From contig OX597815.1 of the NCBI GenBank assembly GCA_951406725.2, positions 10,912,001-10,976,000 on the forward strand: a DNA stretch of 64,000 bases, in the 5' to 3' direction. Under the pieces are notes generated by a model. It was not told the DNA's origin. It made no database searches and saw only the letters and a list, made by a program, of their open reading frames with translations. Source of the stretch: Octopus vulgaris (lineage: Eukaryota). Both the position numbers and the translations under genes were made by a program. Below are positions 55,120 to 64,000 of the stretch, in pieces (positions within the stretch are counted from its first letter, which is position 1; every line of letters begins with the position of its first letter).

Positions 55120-56119
55120 TAAACTACACCTACACGCATACACACACCACATATGATTGTGTGTAAGTGTGTGTGTGTGTGTGTGTGTGATATACATAAA
55201 AGTGCGTGTGCTTGTAATGACTACCAGCATAAAGAATATGAGTTGTGGGAGATTTTGGCTGCTGTCTCTTGCAGTTCGGGTGACTATTTTGAGGTAGATA
55301 GAGGTTTGTTAGCATGTGTGATGTTGTATATTATGATGTAATGAAGCGGTGTGGCTGTTTAACCATAGGTCAATCCTGTTCTAGCAGATTTATGACCAAA
55401 GGAAAGCCACCCGTGCCCATTCTATGGTTTTGTTATACACTGTGCTTATTTACTTTGAGAAGCTTGGGGTGTTATTTAAGGAATATTTTGCTGCTATTTT
55501 TAGCTGGTTGAGTACTCCTGCACAGGCTGTCTCCCGAGGCATGGTATGATGTAATGGAATGCAATGTAGTTCTAATTTAAATCTCAAATGAATGCCATTT
55601 GTGTGTTTCAAGGTAGCAACCCATTTCAATATTTCTGACACCACCCAGAGGCAGAAAACTGTGTCAGATTATTGTTGTAACGAATGACAGTGGAATGATA
55701 TGAGTCTTAATAACGATTGTCAAGACAGTCATCAACAGCAATATAGACAGATACGGCAACAAAGCTGTAGTCACCGCAACAGGGAACCACACAACGTTAT
55801 AGTTGTGTCATGGCGTAACTGGAATGAGACGAGACAGCCGCAGTGAAGCTGCAAAATATTGTGGAGGCATCGTGACTTGAGTGAGGCGGCACAGCGGACG
55901 CATTGGTCGCGTCATAGGAGATCTCGATAACAAAATCACATGATCACAGCATTTTTATTGGTTGATTTCGTTCGGCAGTCATCGGCCACAATTTTCAACT
56001 GGAAAGAATATAGAAAATATAGATATAAATAACAGATATATTCATAGAATTCATAGAAAGAGATGTAGTTATATACATAGGCAAACACAGAACTAGGTAT
56101 ATCAGCAGATATGTTAATA

Positions 56120-56474
56120 GACACACACACACACACACGCACACACACACAGACACACACACATAGATACACACACAACACACGCACACACACACACACA
56201 CTCACGCACACACACACACACACACAGACATACACGGACACACACACACACACACACATACACGCACACATACATACACACACACTCACACACGCACGCA
56301 CACACACGCACACACATACACACTCACACACACATACACACATACACACACATACACACATACGCACACACACACGCACACATACATACACACATACACA
56401 CACACTCACGCACACATACACACACACACACACACATACACACACATACGCACACACACACACACACACACACA
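56120..56474. repeat. (CA)n microsatellite
   Basis: Direct inspection. Confidence 0.95.
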
Positions 56475-56489
56475 GATTTTGAAGAACAG

Positions 56490-56721
56490 TATTTCTTTAC
56501 TCACCCACAAGGGGCTAAACACAGAGGGGACAAAGAAGGACAGACGCGCGGATTAAGTCGATTATATCGACCCCAGTGCGTAACTGGTACTTATTTAATC
56601 GACCCCGAAAGGATGAAAGGCAAAGTCGACCTCGGCGGAATTTGAACTCAGAACGTAACGGCAGACAAAATACGGCTACGCATTTCGCCCGGCGTGCTAA
56701 CGTTTCTGCCAGCTCGCCGCC
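56490..56721 (-). mobile_element. SINE family C
   Basis: TSD TTTTGAAGAACAGTATT. Confidence 0.9.
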
Positions 56722-57174
56722 TTTGCTTTTGAAGAACAGTATTGTCGACTTTCAGGTTTCCAACGGGGCAATCACCAGTACACTATAAAAGTGAGCGTTG
56801 TAAAGAAACTTTATGTGCAACTCAAGTGGAACAAATACTTCAAAGTACATTCAGGGCTACACACCTGTTGGTGTAGGTAATCACCTTGGGAAGCCCCACA
56901 AAGAGAGCAGAGGAAGTCCATCTCGGAACATTGGAGGATGGACAACAGGAGTTAGTTGGAGAGTAAAAGACGGGAGTTTTGTGAGGTGTTATTACCTCAA
57001 ATGATTTGTCGTGAAGCATTTCAAATATTGTCCGATATCAGATATACTCGATGATATGAATAATCATAAACGATAAGTTTCTTGTTTGTAAGTTAGTTAT
57101 AAGTTTTCAAATTGGATTTCTCAAGTGACATAAAGAAGCTGAATTTGGAGAATTTAGAGAAAACTTTTTAAGGA

Positions 57175-57512
57175 GGCGCACAATGTAGGGTTGGTAAAAA
57201 TGGGAATACATCATAGGGCCGAGAGAAAAGGAAGCGCACTTTCAAGTTGAAAGCAGGGAATTTATTTTGTAGGGCTGACAAAAGGAGCAGATTTTGTAGA
57301 ACTGGCCGAAGGGCATATTGTAAGGCAGAAAGAAAGGTGAACACAAAGTAAGGCTAGCGGAAGGGAAAGCAAAATGCAGAACTGGAGAAGAGTATATTGT
57401 AGGGCTAAGAAATGTTGGAGTAGAATGTTGGGTTGAGAGAAGGGAAAGCACGATGTAAAGCTGGTAGAAGGGGCGCACAATATAGGACTGGAAGAAGGGG
57501 AAGTATAGGGTC
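57175..57512. repeat. Degenerate ~27 bp purine-rich minisatellite
   Basis: About 11 units of the pattern (a/t)TGTAGGGCTg..gAAGGg..gcac. Confidence 0.5.
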
Positions 57513-57600
57513 AGAGTGACATTGGGCGCTGAATATCCAGGAACTACCCTTAAGTATTTTCATCAGGTTTTTCTTTTACTGATACACATCGGCAAAAGAT

Positions 57601-57707
<107 letters not shown>

Positions 57708-57720
57708 ATGAGTGCAATAC

Positions 57721-58340
57721 TTTGTTTATATTCTATGGCGTAGACTAGTCCTTCTTGTGGGGAAAATGTATATGTTGTTTAGAGAGTAGAATTCGCATGT
57801 AAAACATTTAATAAATTATGATTATGCAAGGTGATTGTGTTTGTTTTCTTCAGCAAAAAATCTAACCATTTGGATCACTAGTTGTATGTTAAAATAAGGA
57901 ATTCTTATATAGTCACATGTGTAACGTGTTTCTCACTTTAAAATATCTTCGTATTTTTAACATCTTTTTATGTGGAGCCGAAAAAGGCAAAACACCCAAT
58001 GAAATTTTTCTTGGCTTGTTGCTGTTAAAGCAACATGAGTGTGCCTCACCAATTCTGCTAGGAACCTACACACTTTTGCACGAATGTGGCGCCTCTTGTA
58101 GCAGTTATTTAGAGAGTTACGATCCACGTTGTCACATGCCTTCATTCCATCAAGAAAATTTTCATTGAGTGTTTTGCCTTTTTCGGCTCCACATAAAAAG
58201 ATGTTAAAATCTAGCGATGCCTATGTTTAAAGATATTTTAAAGCGAGAAACACATTACGCAGGGCCAATTCCACTCTCTAAACAACATATGCATTTCCCC
58301 CCCAAATGAAGGACTAGTCTACGCCATAGAATATAAGCAA
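57721..58340. repeat. Long inverted repeat; left arm holds a ~120 bp insert duplicated at 58426-58547
   Basis: Arms 57721-58013 and 58150-58340; CAGCAAAAAATCTAACCATTTGGATCACTAGTTGTATG occurs at about 57851 and 58479. Confidence 0.85.
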
Positions 58341-58777
58341 ATTCGCAGGTGTTACATCAGAGTTTTCCTTCTTGAGAAAAGCCTAAACAAATATTTCACA
58401 TAAAATATGGACGCCCAAAATCGCTTGTAAAACATTTAACCAAGTATAATTATGCAAGTGGATTGAGTTTATTTTCCTCAGCAAAAAATCTAACCATTTG
58501 GATCACTAGTTGTATGTTAAAATAAGGAATTCTTATATAGTCATATGACTATGTTAAAAAGAAATTGTTGAAGTGGGCTTGTGGAAACGGATCGGTTTTC
58601 TTTTTCTTTTTCTTAACGAATCCGTGATGCAAAAATTGCGTAGCAGTTACGAGGGGGAAACGAAACCATAATGCGGTTTGCTGTAATACTTTTGAACCCA
58701 ATGTGTATTGAACAATGTGTATTGTGTTTCATGATGTTTATTGACAAGGTGAATCGACTGAGATTTGATTTTTTGTA

Positions 58778-59019
58778 TTAGCATAAAGAAACTTTTACCT
58801 CAGTAACCTGAACACAACTGTGTTGTCGTAAGACTCCGCAAGACGATCCGGTAAGATCCGACTGGTTCATTTTAAAGAAAGCTCTGACCAGGACGTTTTT
58901 TAAGACGGCTCGCTTAAAATGTGTAGTCATCATGGTGTAGATAAGTGGGTTAAGGGCACTGTTGATTGGTAGAATAAAAATTGCTAACCAAGCGTAGAGA
59001 TTGTCACCGATTTGGTAAC
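58778..59019 (-). CDS. Next exon of the same GPCR: TM7 and proximal C-tail
   Basis: Acceptor ctgtttccag|GT completes a Gly codon in phase with the upstream exon. Reads GYQIGDNLYAWLAIFILPINSALNPLIYTMMT (LGR TM7 motif LPINSALNPxxY). Either runs to TAA at 58778-58780 or splices at GAG|gtaaaa after 58799. Confidence 0.92.
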
Positions 59020-59171
59020 CTGGAAACAGAAAGCACCAACGTTGAGAAACAACCTGGACATTATGACAAAGAAAGTTAACGATCATAATGACGATGCGTG
59101 TGTACGTGTGTGAGTGTGTATGTGTATGTGTGTGTGAGAGGGAGTGAGAAAGAAAGAGGAAAAAGAGAAAT

Positions 59172-59582
59172 GGCGCAGGAGTGGCTGTGTGGTAAGTAGC
59201 TTGCTAACCAGCCACATGGTTCCGGGTTCAGTCCCACTGCGTGGCATCTTGGGCAAGTGTCTTCTGCTATAGCTCCGGGTCGACCAATGCCTTGTGAGTG
59301 GATTTGGTAGACGGAAACTGAAATAAGCCTGTCGTATATATGTATATATATATAAGTGTGTGTGTATATGTTTGTGTGTCTGTGTTTGTTCCCCTAGCAT
59401 TGCTTGACAACCGATGCTGGTGTGTTTACGTCCCCGTCACTTAGTGGTTCGGTAAAAGAGACCGATAGAATAAGTACTGGGCTTACAAAGAATAAGTCTC
59501 GGGGTCGATTTGCTCGACTAAAGGCGGTGCTCCAGCATGGCCGCAGTCAAATGACTGAAACAAGTAAAAGAGTAAAGAGTAA
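59172..59582 (+). mobile_element. SINE family A in the GPCR intron, antisense to the gene
   Basis: Matches family A. Confidence 0.9.
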
Positions 59583-59682
59583 ATAGTGAAAAAGTGAGAG
59601 CGAGAGAAAGAAAGTAAGCGTGAGGGAAAGAAAGGAGAAAAGTTGTTGATGATAGCGTGTGTTGAGTGAAAATTTGATAATG

Positions 59683-60105
59683 TATGTAGCGTATCGATAT
59701 CCCCACTGTTTGAGAAACACAATAAGAATGATCTCGTTTGAGATTACAACCATCTTTGCCTGCTTTGACCCTATTGTGTCCACTGATCTGATTGGTTGGC
59801 AGAGCTGAGTAGCTCTGTGGTCAGTGACTAGACCTTAGAAGGTCTAAAGTCGAAAGACGGAGAATAGTGAAAACAAGCGCCTTATAAAGCCTGTGGTGGG
59901 CTCAAAGAAGCAGATCTTATCCGAAGGCCGTGATTGGTTGCTTTTCACTCTGGCTCGAAATAAGTAGAGAGACAAACCGCGCCAGATGCCAACCAATCAG
60001 ATCAGTGGACACAACAGGGTGAAACCAGCCAAAGATGGTTGTAATCTCAAACGAGATCATTCTTATTGTGTTTCTCAAACAGTGAGGATATCAGATACGC
60101 TACAT
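59683..60105. mobile_element. MITE/fold-back with ~115 bp TIRs in the GPCR intron
   Basis: 59683-59800 is the reverse complement of 59987-60105. Confidence 0.85.
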
Positions 60106-60741
60106 GTAAATAGATGTGGTGGTTTGTAGAGAGTCAGAAAATACTGAGAACGGAGTTATTTTGGGATCTCGAGGAAACAGTTTATAGCTATTCGATCAAC
60201 AGTTTGGCAGTATTATAAAAGCTGGAAGCATTCAAAGATTAGCATTTGCAGCAAGTTATGTTTTCCTCCGTAAAACAAGCATGAAGTTCAAAATATTTTA
60301 TTTGAAATAGAAATAGATATTCTCTATCCCATTTAATTTTTTGTTTAATTAAAAAAAGATTATATATTTTTTTTATCCATGATTACCAATGAAAATGAAG
60401 TGAAATAATCATAGCTGTAGATATGCAGCCGTGGAAGGAAGAATTATCTCTTGCTATTCACTTTAAATTAAAAGTAAACAAGATATTGAAATATCGTATC
60501 TTATTGTCTTAAAAAGATGAGGACAGATTGCAAAAAGTAGTCACTGATACACAAAAGAAAACGAAATACTCAAAGCGGGATGGTTTTGATCATAGGCCAA
60601 CTCGACCAGGATTGATCCGTGTCTAAACCTTTAAATATTTCTTTATCAACAACTGTACAGATGCAAAGAAAATAGCTGAAGGAGAAATTAAAAGAAATAA
60701 AACGAAGAAACACGAAAAAAAGAACTTTACGATAAACTTAC

Positions 60742-61580
60742 CTGCAAGTGCCACAGTTTTCACTGTTATTATAGGAACCCAACACATAAAGTCGGTGAGG
60801 ACGATCATGGAGAATCTCTTCATTATAAGATGATCATGATTTTCTCGATTTGTCCGCAGGGACATGGCTGACTTACGGATATTGCAAAACATGACGAAAT
60901 AGGCATAGGAAATAAATATGAAAGCTAGCACATTTATACCGAGGAATAAGAAAGCCGAGTACTCCCAGCCTTTTATGTACGGCTCATGGATATGCAAAGG
61001 TAGACACACAGCATTGTTTCGATAGAACTGTTCTCCGAAATAAGGTATGCCGAGAACTGGCAGTACAGCAAGAAAGAAATTAGCGAGCCACATGGAAAAT
61101 ATTAAAAAATATGCGGTTTTTCGTCCGCATTTGTGTAATGAAAACGGATAGACGACATTGATGTATCGATCTAAAGTAATGAGTACCACAGTAAAAACAG
61201 ACATTTCTGTGCTGATAGTCGAAATTACTCCGCAGCTGTTGCAAAGCCATGAATATCTCCATTGTTGGTCGTTCGATAAATATTGCTCACGATAATACAT
61301 ATCCTTGGAGCCGACAGTTAGTAAATAAACGCCCATCAGCATATCAGCCAACGCCAAGTTTTGGATGTAAAACGAGTGGACTTTGTTGTCTTCGTTAATG
61401 CAGAAACGCCCGAGTAAAACCAAGCAGTTTCCCAGGACACCGACGACGCCGATCACCCATACGCTAATACGTAGCACCGGGTTTTCAATGAGATTCTTTG
61501 TACTGGATAATCCATCTCCTTTGGGATTGCACACGCGTACGTGCAAAGCGTAAATACAAGTGTAGAACACAGAAAAATGT
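60742..61580 (-). CDS. Internal exon of a relaxin-receptor-like (RXFP1/2 / LGR3-type, type C LGR) GPCR: hinge plus TM1-TM6
   Basis: Translates as HFSVFYTCIYALHVRVCNPKGDGLSS...GNCLV...NLALAD...TLDRY...NAVCLPLH...FLGIN...KRFSMIVLTDFMCWVPI, closely paralleling RXFP1 motifs (YAPHVRxCxPxxDGISS, GVCFPLH, KRFFFIVFTDALCWIP). Acceptor ttattttcag| precedes 61580 and donor G|gtaagt follows 60742. 839 nt, phase 2 in, phase 1 out. Confidence 0.93.
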
Positions 61581-61584
61581 CTGA

Positions 61585-61691
61585 AAATAAAAACAAAAAC
61601 AAAAATAAAAATAACAATAACAACATCAACAACAACAATAATAATAATAATAATGATAATAATAATAATAATAATAATAGTAGTAGTAGTA

Positions 61692-61757
<66 letters not shown>

Positions 61758-61793
61758 GTAGTAGTAGTAGTAGTAATAATAATAATAATAATA
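61585..61793. repeat. (AAT)n/(TAG)n tract abutting the GPCR splice acceptor
   Basis: Direct inspection. Confidence 0.95.
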
Positions 61794-62338
61794 GTACCAG
61801 GCAGTGGCTCTCATGGCTTCTGATCTTAACTGATTGGAAGTGTTATCATGTACATTGTTTTGTCTTGGTATAAAAGATGGGCTACAGCAAATATTCTGCT
61901 CAATACCACAGATTTGCTTGTCAGTTGTTTGACCGTAACCAGTTGAGCATGTCCCTTAGTGGCTGACTATACGTGCATCTCTGACCACAGGCAGAAGTAG
62001 TGGGGGAGCATCATAGCCATGTGTTGAGAGGGATTCTTTGGGGTTTGAATAGTTCACCTCTGGAAACATGGGTGGTTCTTTCAACATCCTTAAACAACCC
62101 TTATTCAGGGTCGTTTTGAGCGGGATGGGCTACTCAACTTGAAGAAAATTCTAACTGGGCCCCACCTGCAAGGTCATGTGCTGTTTATCTTGATATGAGA
62201 TCACCATGTCGCGCACATATGGTTTTGATGCATGTGCCTGGTGTACCTTTATCAGACGGGTAGTCATGATGGGTATATTGGGCTTCGTATATTTTACCCC
62301 AGTGTCACTTTGATGGCATGAACTGCTCTCTCACACAA
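61794..62338 (+). mobile_element. Non-coding ~540 bp element (family D) embedded in (TAA)n
   Basis: Similar copies at 15563-16126 (-), 47640-48117 (+) and 62905-63181 (+). Shared 3' end CTCTCTCAC(T/A)CAAT(AAT)n, variable 5' ends. Confidence 0.8.
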
Positions 62339-62404
62339 TAATAATAATAATAATAATGATAATAATAAAATAAATAATAAAAATAATAATAATAAAAATA
62401 ATAA

Positions 62405-62451
<47 letters not shown>

Positions 62452-62521
62452 GTAGTAGTAGTGGTAGTAGTAATAATAATAATAATAATAATGATAATAA
62501 TAAAATAAATAATAAAAATAA

Positions 62522-62563
<42 letters not shown>

Positions 62564-62606
62564 TAATAATAAAATAAATAATAAAAATAATAATAATAAA
62601 AATAAA

Positions 62607-62651
<45 letters not shown>

Positions 62652-62692
62652 TATAAAAATAAAAATAACAATAATAATAATAATAATAATAT
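62336..62692. repeat. (AAT)n/(AAAAAT)n microsatellite
   Basis: Direct inspection. Confidence 0.95.
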
Positions 62693-62904
62693 TTTTTTTA
62701 GACATTCACTAGTACAACACCAAAGAAAAAAACAAATATATGGTACACGGCATAACAACATCACGAACTTCCAACCTGTTGTCTCTTGAGGTCTCTTGGT
62801 GAGACTTGGAGCCAACTTGTACAAATATAAAGCAAAATTCAAACGTAGAATAATAATAATAAGTGGTCCCCCACTTATTATAGCCCTGTGTTGAAAGGAA
62901 TTAT

Positions 62905-63181
62905 TAGAGGTTTGGATAATTCACCTTTGGAAACATGGGTGTTTCGTTCAACATCCTTAAACAACCCTTATTCAGGGACCTTTTGAGCGGGATGGGTTAC
63001 TCGACCAGAAGAAAATTCTAACTGGGCCCCACCTGCGAGGAGATCAACATGTCGCGCACATATGGTTGTGATGCATGTGCCTAGTGTACCCTTATCAGAC
63101 GGGTAGTGATGATGGGTATACTGGGCTTCGTATATTTTACCCCAGTGTCACTTTGATGGCATGCACTGCTCTCTCACTCAA
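62905..63181 (+). mobile_element. Family D 3' fragment
   Basis: Matches 62043-62338 with an internal deletion. Confidence 0.75.
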
Positions 63182-63199
63182 TAATAATAATAATAATAA

Positions 63200-63461
63200 T
63201 CTAAAAACAGAAACAATTCCTATCATAGTAGGTGCATTAGGCATGATAGAAAAATATTCAGACAAATACATAACAAAAACACCAGGACTTATAAACACAT
63301 ATAACATACAGAAAATTGCACTACTAGGCACTGCACACATCCTACGCAAAACACTTCCATACAATAACCATCAGAGCATCACAACAAATCACAGCACATA
63401 CCTAAGGCACACAGAGCTGCGCTCGGTAGTGAAGTGAAAGCACGCTATAAAAATAAAACTA

Positions 63462-63465
<4 letters not shown>
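63200..63465 (+). mobile_element. R4/Dong-like non-LTR element 3' end within (TAA)n
   Basis: IPIIVGALGMI...IQKIALLGTAHILRKTL is the C-terminus of restriction-like-endonuclease elements; (TAA)n on both sides. Confidence 0.75.
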
Positions 63466-63529
<64 letters not shown>

Positions 63530-63552
63530 TAATAATAATAATAATAACAATA

Positions 63553-63614
<62 letters not shown>

Positions 63615-63619
63615 TGTAA

Positions 63620-63885
63620 TAATATGAATGAACACAAGATGAAAGAAAAGTACAGGAAAGAGTATTTGAGGAGAACCTGGCTTGCGTTTCAATCGAAGTT
63701 AAATGGCCGCTATAAGATTAGGGCAATTAACACGTGGGCGGTTGCTATGATGAGATATGACGTACGAAGTGTATCTTGGAAGAAGCATGAATTACAAGTG
63801 TTAGACCAGAAAACACGTAAATTAATGACAATGAACAAGGAACTACACCATAAGAGTGATGTGTCAAGATTCTATGTAAAGAGGA
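63620..63885 (+). mobile_element. R4/Dong-like RT thumb fragment
   Basis: KEYLRR...SKLNGRYKIRAINTWAV...RY...W...LDQKTRKLMTM...HHKSDVSRFYVKR. Confidence 0.75.
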
Positions 63886-64000
63886 TAGTTCTTAATTACT
63901 GGCGATATTGATGATATAACTTGTCTTTCCGTTTCATCATTCGTTACAAACATTACATATATGGTCACGTAGTTACTTCCTCATTTCACAGAGAATATAC

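Noticed and set aside
60623-60741. C-terminal extension of the 315 aa ORF
   Set aside because: Lies past the GTAAGT donor; the true TM7 is in the next exon.

Overview
AT-rich, repeat-dominated eukaryotic DNA. The dense (TA)n/(CATA)n/(TAA)n microsatellites and three abundant tRNA-derived SINE families resemble an octopus/coleoid cephalopod genome (inferred from recognition, not from a search). One host gene is clearly supported: two minus-strand exons (61580-60742, 59019-58778/58799) encode the hinge and 7TM region of a relaxin-receptor-like (RXFP/LGR3-type) GPCR whose 5' exons lie beyond the window. The rest is SINEs (including tandem multimers and swapped tails), LINE remnants (RTE, CR1-like, L1/Tx1-like, R4/Dong-like), several Penelope-like element (PLE) fragments, Helitron-type and TIR MITEs, long fold-backs and a ~4 kb satellite of phased A4T4 tracts. 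The most interesting signal is a set of minimal type I hammerhead-ribozyme motifs in PLE pseudo-LTR-like sequences. Three related ones show C3-G8, G3-C8 and U3-A8 at the tertiary 3-8 core pair. All structures were read by eye; no folding or database search was run. Almost all ORFs in the supplied track are microsatellite artefacts.
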